Shown here: positions 1 to 12,268 of the stretch, one piece after another
Layout: each line of letters opens with the position of its first letter
Position numbering within the stretch: the stretch's first letter is position 1
Assembly: GCA_022827405.1 (NCBI GenBank)
Contig: JAJDTA010000175.1
Span: forward strand, 8,142 to 72,141
Length of the DNA stretch: 64,000 bases
DNA from: Acidimicrobiia bacterium
GTDB lineage: Bacteria; Actinomycetota; Acidimicrobiia; Acidimicrobiales; Bin134
Reading direction: 5' to 3'
The notes under the pieces: generated by a model
The model's database searches: none
What the model was told of the DNA's origin: nothing
Seen by the model: only the letters and a program-made list of their open reading frames with translations
Translations under genes and position numbers: made by a program

Positions 1-900
1 TCCTCCACAGCATGGCTGGTGACCTTTCACGGTGTGCTCGGCTTCGCGGTTCTGGTTCTGGCCCGTCCCAAGTCACCGGTAGTGCAACGCGGCCTCAGTC
101 GCCGTCGTCCCAATCGCTTTGCCTCCATTGCGCTGGCCACCGTTGTCACCGGCGCGCTGATCACCGGGCTGATCCACATCCTCGACATCTGGGAGCCGTT
201 TGGCCTGTGGTCGCCCATCGGCCTGCACGTCATCTTCGCCATCGGCGCAGTGCCGCTGGCCATGTTGCACGTAGTGACCCGTCCTCAGCGGGTCCGTCCC
301 ATAGACATCTCCCGACGCACGTGGCTACAGGCGCTGGGAGTGGCCGGGATCGCCTTCGGGCTCCGCTCGGTCTTCGACCAGTGGGTGGCGGCCGACCGGC
401 GCTTCACCGGCTCCCATGAGGTGGGCTCGGGCCAGCCTCGGCAGATGCCGGTGGTCCAGTGGTTCACCGACTCGCCCCCTCGTATCGACCCATCCGAGTG
501 GGTGCTACGGCTCCGGGGTTCGGTGCACCGAGACGTGGACTATCAGGAGCTCGCCGCCCACACCACAACCAAGGAGGCCACGCTGGACTGCACCAACGGG
601 TGGTACAGCACCCAGGACTGGACTGGTGTGATTCTGTCCGACCTTCTCGGTCCGGGGGCTACGGGCCGCAGCCTGGAGGTGCGCTCGGCCACTGGCTACA
701 CCCGCCGCTTTCCCCTTGGTGACGTGCACAAGATGATGCTCGCCCACCAGCTGGGGGGAGAGCCCCTGTCACGCGGCCACGGCGCCCCGGCTCGACTGGT
801 GGCCCCTGGGCGGCGGGGACTGTGGTGGGTGAAGTGGGTGATTGAGATAAGGACCAGCGACCGCCCCTGGTGGCTCCAGTCGCCGATCTCGTTCACATAA
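1..900 (+). CDS. Sulfite-oxidase-family molybdopterin-dependent oxidoreductase with N-terminal membrane segment (probably 5'-partial)
   Basis: Frame open from base 1; LDCTNGW Mo-ligand Cys; PLSRGHGAPARLVAPGRRGLWWVKW motif; hydrophobic N-terminal helices. Confidence 0.8.
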   Translation, partial: SSTAWLVTFHGVLGFAVLVLARPKSPVVQRGLSRRRPNRFASIALATVVTGALITGLIHILDIWEPFGLWSPIGLHVIFAIGAVPLAMLHVVTRPQRVRPIDISRRTWLQALGVAGIAFGLRSVFDQWVAADRRFTGSHEVGSGQPRQMPVVQWFTDSPPRIDPSEWVLRLRGSVHRDVDYQELAAHTTTKEATLDCTNGWYSTQDWTGVILSDLLGPGATGRSLEVRSATGYTRRFPLGDVHKMMLAHQLGGEPLSRGHGAPARLVAPGRRGLWWVKWVIEIRTSDRPWWLQSPISFT

Positions 901-917
901 CCGATCTCGTTCACATA
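883..917. repeat. 17-bp direct duplication of the gene 3' end (CCGATCTCGTTCACATA x2)
   Basis: Copies at 883-899 and 901-917, each completing a stop codon with the next base (TAA, TAG). Confidence 0.9.
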
Positions 918-998
918 GCAGTGAAAGATCGCAGTAGATCAAAGTAGATCGCTGTAAAGAGTCATCAATCAGGCTGCGGGCTGGGTAGATTGACCCAT

Positions 999-1457
999 AT
1001 GCCGCGAGTCGCCGCCGGGGCCGATCACGCTGGGGTGCAGTTGAAGGATGTGCTGGTGACCCATTTGCGGGAACTTGGACACGAGGTCATCGACTGCGGC
1101 ACCCATGGCCTCGATCGGGTGGACTACCCCGACTACGGCGAGGCGGTGGCCCGCAAGGTGGCCGCCGGCGAGGCCGACTTGGGCCTATGCGTGTGCGGCA
1201 CCGGCATCGGGATCGCCATGGCGGCCAACAAGGTGCCCGGCGTGCGGGCGGCCACCGTGCACGACGTAACCTCGGCCCGGCTTACCCGGGAGCACAATGA
1301 CGCCAACGTGATTTGTCTAGGGGAGAGGCTGATTGGCCCCGAGGCGGCCCGCGAAGCCCTGGACACCTTCCTGGGGGCCACCTTTGAGGAGGGCCGCCAC
1401 GTTCCCCGGGTGGCCAAGATCGATGCCCTATTACCCACAGAAGAGGTGGCCCCGTGA
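999..1457 (+). CDS. rpiB: Ribose-5-phosphate isomerase B
   Basis: GADHAG, DYPD, CGTGIG, ANKVPGVRAA and REHNDAN motifs; TAGATT -10 box 7 nt before ATG (leaderless). Confidence 0.95.
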   Translation: MPRVAAGADHAGVQLKDVLVTHLRELGHEVIDCGTHGLDRVDYPDYGEAVARKVAAGEADLGLCVCGTGIGIAMAANKVPGVRAATVHDVTSARLTREHNDANVICLGERLIGPEAAREALDTFLGATFEEGRHVPRVAKIDALLPTEEVAP

Positions 1458-1532
1458 TGTGGCCGGATAGCAGAGGATCGATGCCCCATTGTCCACAGAA
1501 GAGGCAGCGCGGTGATGTGGCCGGATAGCAGA
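1418..1532. repeat. 57-bp imperfect tandem duplication of the rpiB/glyA junction
   Basis: 1418-1474 vs 1476-1532, period 58, about 7 mismatches. Confidence 0.9.
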
Positions 1533-2762
1533 AACGACCCGGTGTTCGACATGGTCCGCCGGGAGGTGGAGCGTCAGAACACCACCGTGCAGCTCATCGC
1601 CTCGGAGAACTTCGCCTCGCCTGCGGTGTTGTCGGCTACTGGGTCGGTGCTCACCAACAAGTACAGCGAGGGCTATCCCGGCCGTCGCTACTACGGCGGC
1701 AACATGGTGATCGACGAGGTGGAGTCCATCGCCCGAGAGCGGGCCGCCACCCTGTTCGGGGCCGATCACGCCAACGTGCAGCCCCACTCGGGGGCCAATG
1801 CCAATGTGGCCGCCTACCTGGCCGTGTTGGAGGCGGGCGACACGGTGTTGGGGATGAGCCTGGACCACGGCGGCCACCTCACCCACGGCTCCCCGGTGAA
1901 CATCAGCGGACGCACCTACCACTTCGTGGCCTACGGGGTAACCCCCAGTGACGAGCGAATCGACTACGACCAGGTGCGGGATTTGGCCCTCGAACACCGG
2001 CCCAAGCTGATCGTGGCTGGCGCCACCGCCTATCCCCGCATCATCGACCCCGCGCCATTTCGCTCCATCGCGGATGAGGTGGGCGCCCTGTTCATGTTCG
2101 ACGCGGCCCACATCGCCGGGCTGATCGCCGGCGGAAAGCACCCCAATCCGGTGCCGTACTCCGACATCGTCACCTTCACCACCCACAAGACCCTGCGCGG
2201 CCCCCGGGGCGGAGCCATCCTGTGTACCCAAGATCTGGCCCCGGCCATCGACAAGGCTCTGTTCCCTGGCCTCCAGGGCGGCCCCCTAGAGCATGTGATC
2301 GCGGCCAAGGCGGTGGCCTTCGGCGAGGCCGCCACCCCCGAGTTCGCCGACTACGCCGGTCGCATCGTGCAAAACAGCGGAGCGCTGGTTAAGGGGCTGG
2401 CCGAGGAGGGGTTCCGCTTGGTGTCGGGAGGCAGCGACAACCACCTGCTGCTGGTGGATCTGCGGACCTTCGACGACGAGTTGACCGGCAAGGTGGCCCA
2501 AGAGGTGCTCGACCGAGCGGGAATCACCCTCAACAAGAACACCGTGCCCGACGACCCTCGGTCGCCATTCGTTACCAGCGGGGTACGGATCGGCACGCCG
2601 GCTACCACCACCCAGGGCATGGGCCCCGCGGAAATGGGCCTTATCGCCGCCTTGATCGGTCGGACCCTGCGCCAGCGCGACGACGAGGGCGCGGTGGCCG
2701 ACGTCCGCTCCGAGGTCTTTGACCTCTGCCGGCGTTTTACCCCCTATTCGCTGGCCGGATAG
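1512..2762 (+). CDS. glyA: Serine hydroxymethyltransferase
   Basis: [21 protein letters not shown] and [11 protein letters not shown] (PLP Lys) motifs. Confidence 0.97.
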   Translation: MMWPDSRNDPVFDMVRREVERQNTTVQLIASENFASPAVLSATGSVLTNKYSEGYPGRRYYGGNMVIDEVESIARERAATLFGADHANVQPHSGANANVAAYLAVLEAGDTVLGMSLDHGGHLTHGSPVNISGRTYHFVAYGVTPSDERIDYDQVRDLALEHRPKLIVAGATAYPRIIDPAPFRSIADEVGALFMFDAAHIAGLIAGGKHPNPVPYSDIVTFTTHKTLRGPRGGAILCTQDLAPAIDKALFPGLQGGPLEHVIAAKAVAFGEAATPEFADYAGRIVQNSGALVKGLAEEGFRLVSGGSDNHLLLVDLRTFDDELTGKVAQEVLDRAGITLNKNTVPDDPRSPFVTSGVRIGTPATTTQGMGPAEMGLIAALIGRTLRQRDDEGAVADVRSEVFDLCRRFTPYSLAG

Positions 2763-2789
2763 GCGTCGCAGAGGGCGCCTCCCACCACC

Positions 2790-3896
2790 ATGGCCCCTGA
2801 TCTCAACAGCTATCTAATCGTCTTCGCGGTGGCTGCGGGGGTCACGCTGGTGGCCACGCCGGTACTGCGCCGGATCAGCGAGCGATGGGGCCTCATGGTG
2901 GAGCCCGATGCCCGACGAGTCCACGAGCGCTCCACCGCGGTGCTCGGCGGGGTGGCCATGTTCATCGGCTTTTTGTCGGCCATGGGCACCGCCTGGCTGA
3001 TAGGCGACTTCGACGTGGTGTTCGCCACGGCCTCGGAGCCAGCGGGCATCGTGGTCGCCGCGCTGGTGATGATCGTGTTCGGCACCTACGACGACGTGAG
3101 GGAGATGTCGGCCCCGGCCAAGGTGGCCTCCATGGTGCTGGCCGGCAGCATCCTGTCGTTTGCCGGGGTGACCGTGCTGAATCTGAGACTGCCGGTGCTG
3201 GATGCGCTGATCCTGTCCCAAGACCTGGCCTTCGTGGTCACGGTGCTGTGGCTGGTGGCCATCGCCAACGCCATCAACCTGATCGACGGCCTCGACGGGC
3301 TGGCCGCAGGCATCGTGGCCATCGCCGGGCTCACGTTCTTCGTGTACTCCTTAAAGCTCACCGATGAAGAGGTGCTCTTGCCCAACAACATCGGGCCGCT
3401 GGTGGCCATCATCGCCAGCGGGGTGGCGGTGGGGTTCCTTCCCCAGAACTTCCACCGGGCCCGCATCTTCATGGGCGACGGCGGTGCGCTGTTTTTGGGC
3501 ACGCTGCTGGCCGCCTCCACGGTCTCGGTGGGGGGGCGCAGCAGCGAGCCGTTCGCCGGCCAGACCTACTTTCTGTTCGCCCCCATGCTCATCCCGCTCA
3601 TCATCCTGGCTGTGCCGGTAGTGGACGTGCTGTGGGCAGTGCTGCGGCGCACTCGGGCCCGCACCAGCATCACCGCCCCCGACAAAGAGCACCTGCACCA
3701 CCGCCTGATGAGCCTGGGCCACGGCCATCGCCGCAGCGTTTTGATCCTGTGGCTGTTCACCGCCTTGATGTCCACCCTGGTGCTGTATCCCACCTACACC
3801 GGAGAGGGTGAGGTGATCATGGTCCCCGCCGCCGCGGCCCTGGTGCTGGTGCTCTACACCGTTTTTCACCCCATCTTGCGCCGGCGGACCCCCTGA
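2790..3896 (+). CDS. wecA: WecA/Rfe-type polyprenyl-phosphate GlcNAc-1-phosphate transferase (MraY family)
   Basis: GTYDD, NAINLIDGLDGL, FMGDGG and HLHHRL motifs; canonical position upstream of the atp operon. Confidence 0.88.
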   Translation: MAPDLNSYLIVFAVAAGVTLVATPVLRRISERWGLMVEPDARRVHERSTAVLGGVAMFIGFLSAMGTAWLIGDFDVVFATASEPAGIVVAALVMIVFGTYDDVREMSAPAKVASMVLAGSILSFAGVTVLNLRLPVLDALILSQDLAFVVTVLWLVAIANAINLIDGLDGLAAGIVAIAGLTFFVYSLKLTDEEVLLPNNIGPLVAIIASGVAVGFLPQNFHRARIFMGDGGALFLGTLLAASTVSVGGRSSEPFAGQTYFLFAPMLIPLIILAVPVVDVLWAVLRRTRARTSITAPDKEHLHHRLMSLGHGHRRSVLILWLFTALMSTLVLYPTYTGEGEVIMVPAAAALVLVLYTVFHPILRRRTP

Positions 3897-4016
3897 TCGG
3901 GACTCATTGGCTCTTCGGGCAGCCAGCCTGATGATTTGGCCCTTTGGCGTGGTTCGCGAAACCATTTTGGCGAGGCCAGACCACTCGACATAGGGGCCCA
4001 ACCTGTGCCAACTGCA

Positions 4017-4310
4017 ATGACGCAGACTCGCCAACAACACGACCGTCAGAGTGCGGGGGACGCCCTATCCATCGCCTTCGAATTGGTGGCCACCCCGGCG
4101 GTCTTCGCCTTCTTCGGCTGGCTCATCGACCGTGCCCTCGACACCCAGCCGATCATCACGTTGGTCTTGTGCCTGTTGACTGCTTCCTACACCTCGTGGA
4201 AAGCCATGAGGGCCTACAGCGAGCGCATGGAGGCCTTCGACCGCAACCTGCCCAGCCGTCGAGTCGATTCTGGTTCGAAGGCTGGGGCTTCGGAGGCTGG
4301 CGATGGCTGA
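4017..4310 (+). CDS. AtpZ/AtpI-family small membrane protein
   Basis: Two TM helices with GWLID motif; first gene of the atp operon. Confidence 0.75.
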   Translation: MTQTRQQHDRQSAGDALSIAFELVATPAVFAFFGWLIDRALDTQPIITLVLCLLTASYTSWKAMRAYSERMEAFDRNLPSRRVDSGSKAGASEAGDG

Positions 4311-4740
4311 TCAGCCGACGGCGATGGGGGAGGAGGCCCCCGAGCGGGCGATGGCCACCGATATCGTCCGGCGAGGCTTGATTGGCGGTCCGGTGCTGGT
4401 TGGGGTGTGCGCCGGGGTGTGGGGGTTCGACGGTCTGTGGTCGAGCGGTTACGCCCTCGGGCTGATCCTGGTCAACTTCTGGTTGGCCGCCTCGCTCATC
4501 ACCTGGTCGATGCGGATTTCTCCCACCATGTTGATGGCCGGGGTGATGGGCGGATACTTCATCCGCCTGGGAATTCTCACCGGTGCCTACTTCCTGGTGC
4601 GAAATACCGGGTGGTTTGAGGCGCTGCCGTTTGTCATCACGCTGGTCGCGGCCCATATTGTTCTGCTGGTTTGGGAGACCCGATACGTCTCCATGTCCCT
4701 CGCTTACCCCGGCTTGAAGCCACAAGGAGCCACTCAGTGA
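4303..4740 (+). CDS. atpI: ATP synthase protein I
   Basis: Four-TM protein directly upstream of atpB. Confidence 0.75.
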   Translation: MADQPTAMGEEAPERAMATDIVRRGLIGGPVLVGVCAGVWGFDGLWSSGYALGLILVNFWLAASLITWSMRISPTMLMAGVMGGYFIRLGILTGAYFLVRNTGWFEALPFVITLVAAHIVLLVWETRYVSMSLAYPGLKPQGATQ

Positions 4741-5501
4741 ACGTGTTTGCCCTGGACTTTCCTCCGGTCTCGCAGCTCTTCAATTGGCCCGACTTCTTGT
4801 TCACCGACACGCCGGTGGCTCTCAACAAGACCGGGTTGATCTACATCGCCGCGCTGCTGCTGACTGCTGGGCTGTTCTGGGCGGCGGGCCGGCGCCGATC
4901 GCTAGTGCCCACCGGGGCGCAGACGGTGGCCGAGGCGGGGATCGACTTTGTCGAGAACAGCATCATCATGCAGACCATTGGCCCCGACGGCCGCCGGTAC
5001 CTTCCCTTCCTGACCACGCTGTTCTTCTTCGTCTTCTTCAGCAATATCTTCGAAGTCGTTCCGTTCATCCAGTTCCCGGCCAACTCCCGCATGGCCATCC
5101 CGCTGGCACTGGCGCTGGTGGTGTGGGCCATCTACCACGTGGTGGGTATCCGGGCGCAGGGCTTCTACCACTACTTCAAGGGGGCGCTGTTCCCACCGGG
5201 AGTGCCCAAGGCCCTTTACATTTTGGTGGCGCCCATCGAGTTGCTCCAGATTCTGTTGATCCGCCCGCTGTCGCTGGCCATCCGGCTCTGGGCCAACATG
5301 GTGGCCGGCCACTTGTTGCTGGTGACCTTCGCAGTGCTGTCGGCCGCGTTGTGGGGAACCCTCTACGTGCCTGCGGTGCTGCCGTTTGCCGCCCTGATCC
5401 TGCTCACCGCGTTCGAGATCTTCGTCTCGGCCCTCCAGGCCTTCATCTTCACCATTCTCACCGCCGTGTACATCGGCGGATCACTACACCCCGAGCACTA
5501 G
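4737..5501 (+). CDS. atpB: F0 ATP synthase subunit a
   Basis: RPLSLAIRLWANM and LQAFIFTIL motifs; GTG start overlaps the atpI stop. Confidence 0.95.
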   Translation: MNVFALDFPPVSQLFNWPDFLFTDTPVALNKTGLIYIAALLLTAGLFWAAGRRRSLVPTGAQTVAEAGIDFVENSIIMQTIGPDGRRYLPFLTTLFFFVFFSNIFEVVPFIQFPANSRMAIPLALALVVWAIYHVVGIRAQGFYHYFKGALFPPGVPKALYILVAPIELLQILLIRPLSLAIRLWANMVAGHLLLVTFAVLSAALWGTLYVPAVLPFAALILLTAFEIFVSALQAFIFTILTAVYIGGSLHPEH

Positions 5502-6529
<1,028 letters not shown>

Positions 6530-6533
6530 GCTA

Positions 6534-7058
6534 ATGGCTGAGCGATCTGCCAGCTACGCCGATGCCGTGGCCGCGGTGGCCCGGGCCGAGGGCAACCTCG
6601 ACCTGGTGGCCGACGAGCTCTTTCGCGTCGCTCGGGCGCTGGAAGGCTCCGATGAGCTGCGCATGACGCTGTCCGACCGGCAGGTGCCCGCCGCCCGCCG
6701 CCAGCAGATCGTGGAAGACCTGCTGGGCGGCCACGCCTCCGACACCACCACCGCCATGGTGTCCATGATCGTGGCCGCCGGACGGTCGTCCGATCTGGCT
6801 GGCATCGCCCGGGAGGCCGTGGAGATCAATGCCCGAGACCGGGGCCGCTCAGTGGCCGAGGTGCGGTCTGCGGTGGCGCTGACCGAAGACCAGGCAGAGC
6901 GGTTGTCGGCTGCGCTGAGCGCGGCCACGGGCCATCAGGTGGACATCAAGGTGGTCGTCGATCCCAGCATCATGGGCGGCGTGGTGGCCACCATCGGCGA
7001 CGAGGTGATCGACGGTTCGGTTCGCCACCGCCTGAGCCAGCTTCGGGACACCTTCTAG
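6534..7058 (+). CDS. atpH: F1 ATP synthase subunit delta
   Basis: VDPSIMGG and VIDGSVR motifs; operon position. Confidence 0.95.
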   Translation: MAERSASYADAVAAVARAEGNLDLVADELFRVARALEGSDELRMTLSDRQVPAARRQQIVEDLLGGHASDTTTAMVSMIVAAGRSSDLAGIAREAVEINARDRGRSVAEVRSAVALTEDQAERLSAALSAATGHQVDIKVVVDPSIMGGVVATIGDEVIDGSVRHRLSQLRDTF

Positions 7059-7102
7059 CCCGATGCGATTGATTTGATGAACGTTTCTTACCGAGGAGAG
7101 CA

Positions 7103-8728
7103 ATGGCAGAGCTGACCATCGACACTGGTTCCATCGCCGAGGCCATACGCCGCAATCTGGAGGGCTTCCAGCCCGAGGTTGAGTTGGCCCAGGTGGGGAG
7201 AATCACCGAAGTGGGCGACGGCATCGCCCGCATCTCCGGGCTGCCCGGCGCGGCGGTGAACGAGATGCTCGAGTTTGAGAACGGGACCATCGGCTTGGCC
7301 CTGAACCTCGACGAGGACTCCATCGGCGCGGTAGTGCTCGGCGAGGTGGACGAGATCGAAGAGGGCCAGGCCGTCCGCTCCACCGGCGACATCCTGTCGG
7401 TACCGGTGGGCGACGCCCTCTTGGGCCGGGTGGTGAACGCCCTCGGCGAGCCGGTAGACGGCAAAGGCCCCATCGTCGGCGCCGACACCCGCCGCATGGA
7501 GGTGCAGGCGCCCGGCATCACCGGCCGCAAGCCGGTACACGAGCCCATTCAGACTGGCATCAAGGCCATCGACTCGCTTATCCCCATCGGCCGGGGTCAG
7601 AGGGAGCTGATCATCGGCGACCGCAAAACGGGCAAGACCACCGTGGCCATGGACACCATCTTGAACCAGAAGGGCCAGGGGGTGAAGTGCGTATATGTGG
7701 CCATAGGCCAGAAGGCCTCCACCGTGGCCCAAGCGGTGGCCACGCTGGCCGAGCGGGGTGCCATGGAGTACACGGTGGTGGTAGTGGCCCCCGCCTCCGA
7801 TCCGGCTCCGTTCAAGTACCTGGCCCCCTACGCCGGCTGCGCCATGGGCCAGCACTGGATGGACAACGGCGGCCACGCCCTGGCGGTGTACGACGACCTG
7901 TCGAAGCAGGCCGAAGCCTATCGCCAGATGGCGTTGCTGCTGCGCCGCCCGCCGGGACGCGAGGCCTACCCCGGCGACGTGTTCTACCTGCACAGCCGAC
8001 TGCTGGAGCGGGCGGCCAAGCTGAGCGACGAGCGGGGGGCGGGGTCGCTGACCGCGCTGCCCATCATCGAGACCAAGGCCGGCGACGTGTCGGCCTACAT
8101 CCCCACCAACGTGATCTCCATCACCGACGGGCAGATCTTCTTGCAGGACGACCTGTTCAAGTCCGGGGTGCGGCCCGCGGTGGACGTGGGCATCTCGGTG
8201 TCCCGGGTGGGTTCTGCCGCCCAGATCAAGGCCATGAAGACCGCGGTGGGCACGCTCAAAGCCGACCTCCAGCAGTTCCGCGAGCTCGAAGCCTTTGCCG
8301 CCTTCGGCTCCGATCTCGACGCAGTGTCCCAAGCCCAGCTCGACCGGGGCTACCGCCTCACCGAACTGCTCAAGCAGGGCATTCAGACGCCCATGCCGGT
8401 GGAAGAGCAGGTGGTGTCGCTGTACGCCGGCACCCGGGGCTACCTGGACAACATCCCAGTCGAAGATGTAGCTCGCTTCGAGTCTGAGCTGCTGGAGTGG
8501 GTCCGAGCCCGCAACGCCAACTTGATGTCGGCAGTGGTGGACACCGGAGCGGTGGATGAAGAGGCTTTGGAAGCCGCGGTGTCGGCTTTTGCCGCCCAGT
8601 TCGAGTCGTCGGCCGAGCCCGAGGGTGACGAGCCCGACGCCGAGGCGCAGGCCGAAGCTGAAGCCGGAGTAGTAGACGCCGACCACACGCTTCCCGAGAC
8701 CGACATCCAGCGGCCCGAGGAAGACTGA
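7103..8728 (+). CDS. atpA: F1 ATP synthase subunit alpha
   Basis: GDRKTGKT P-loop and [21 protein letters not shown]. Confidence 0.98.
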   Translation: MAELTIDTGSIAEAIRRNLEGFQPEVELAQVGRITEVGDGIARISGLPGAAVNEMLEFENGTIGLALNLDEDSIGAVVLGEVDEIEEGQAVRSTGDILSVPVGDALLGRVVNALGEPVDGKGPIVGADTRRMEVQAPGITGRKPVHEPIQTGIKAIDSLIPIGRGQRELIIGDRKTGKTTVAMDTILNQKGQGVKCVYVAIGQKASTVAQAVATLAERGAMEYTVVVVAPASDPAPFKYLAPYAGCAMGQHWMDNGGHALAVYDDLSKQAEAYRQMALLLRRPPGREAYPGDVFYLHSRLLERAAKLSDERGAGSLTALPIIETKAGDVSAYIPTNVISITDGQIFLQDDLFKSGVRPAVDVGISVSRVGSAAQIKAMKTAVGTLKADLQQFRELEAFAAFGSDLDAVSQAQLDRGYRLTELLKQGIQTPMPVEEQVVSLYAGTRGYLDNIPVEDVARFESELLEWVRARNANLMSAVVDTGAVDEEALEAAVSAFAAQFESSAEPEGDEPDAEAQAEAEAGVVDADHTLPETDIQRPEED

Positions 8729-8732
8729 ATCT

Positions 8733-11110
<2,378 letters not shown>

Positions 11111-11112
11111 CC

Positions 11113-11370
11113 GTGGCCCTGAACGTCGAGCTCGTCTCCCCCGAGGAGATCGTCTACACCGGCGAAGCCGAGATGGTGGTGGCCCGCACCACCGACGGGG
11201 AGATCGCGTTCCAACCCGGCCATGTGCCCTTCCTGGGTGTCCTGGTGCCCAGCGACGTGCGGGTGTACACCACCGACGGCGCCAAGACCACCATCGCCGT
11301 CGAGCGCGGTTTCGTGGAAGTCTCCCACGACACCGTCGCCCTACTCAGCGACTCCGCCACCGTTAGCTGA
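11113..11370 (+). CDS. atpC: F1 ATP synthase subunit epsilon (N-terminal beta-domain only)
   Basis: ELVSPE, PGHVP and GFVEV motifs; only 85 aa. Confidence 0.9.
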   Translation: MALNVELVSPEEIVYTGEAEMVVARTTDGEIAFQPGHVPFLGVLVPSDVRVYTTDGAKTTIAVERGFVEVSHDTVALLSDSATVS

Positions 11371-11429
11371 AATACCACTAATTTGTCAGCGTGAGATCGT
11401 CGGCTTCGTTCCTGATGGGGGTGCTTGGA

Positions 11430-12236
11430 ATGGGTTTGGGGAGATCTCGGGGGTTGCAGTGGGAGCGGGCGTTGGTCACTGGGGCGTCGACGGGGATCGG
11501 ACGGGCGATGGCCGTGCAATTGGCCGCGGCGGGGGTTGACTTGGTGCTGGTTGCCCGGAGCGGCGACCGATTGGAGGAACTGGCTGCTGAGTTGCGGGCC
11601 AGCGAGGGGCAATTGGACGTGGAGGTGCTGGAGGCCGACTTGTGCGAGCCAGAGGGGTTGGCCGCGGTGGAGAAGCGGGTGGTGGCTGAGGAGGCGCCCA
11701 TCGATCTGCTGGTGAACAATGCCGGGTTGGGTTACGAGGGGCTGTTTCACGCTCAAGATCTTGCTGAGGTGTCGGAGACCATTGATGTGAACGTGGTGGC
11801 GCTGGTGCGGCTGACCCATGCCGCGTTGGGACCGATGACCGCCCGGGACCGGGGCCAGGTGATCCTGGTGTCGTCCATGGCCTCGCTTCAAGGCATGCCC
11901 ACGACTGCGGTGTACTCGGCCACCAAAGCGTTCATCACCAGCTTCGGCGAGGGCCTATATGAAGAGCACAAAGGCACTGGGGTAACGGTCACCACCGTGT
12001 TGCCCGGACTCACCCACACCGAGTTTCACCAGCGGGGTAACTGGGATTTGGACCGGTGGCCGTCGATTGGATGGCAAGACGCCGATGCCGTGGCCTCAGT
12101 GGCATTGGCCGCGGCGGCAAAGTCCCGGCCCGAGGTGATAAGCAGCTGGCAGAACCGGGTGCTCGCCGTCTTGTCCAGCAAAGCGCCTCGGCATCTGCGA
12201 CGGGCGACCATCGGTTGGTTCTCCCGCCGCAAATAG
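11430..12236 (+). CDS. Short-chain dehydrogenase/reductase
   Basis: TGASTGIG, NNAG and YSATK motifs. Confidence 0.92.
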   Translation: MGLGRSRGLQWERALVTGASTGIGRAMAVQLAAAGVDLVLVARSGDRLEELAAELRASEGQLDVEVLEADLCEPEGLAAVEKRVVAEEAPIDLLVNNAGLGYEGLFHAQDLAEVSETIDVNVVALVRLTHAALGPMTARDRGQVILVSSMASLQGMPTTAVYSATKAFITSFGEGLYEEHKGTGVTVTTVLPGLTHTEFHQRGNWDLDRWPSIGWQDADAVASVALAAAAKSRPEVISSWQNRVLAVLSSKAPRHLRRATIGWFSRRK

Positions 12237-12268
12237 GTTGCCCTCGCATGCTCGCAAGGACTCGTGGA

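Noticed and set aside
1489-1497. Replication origin from a DnaA box
   Set aside because: Single box, no cluster, no AT-rich unwinding element and no dnaA/dnaN
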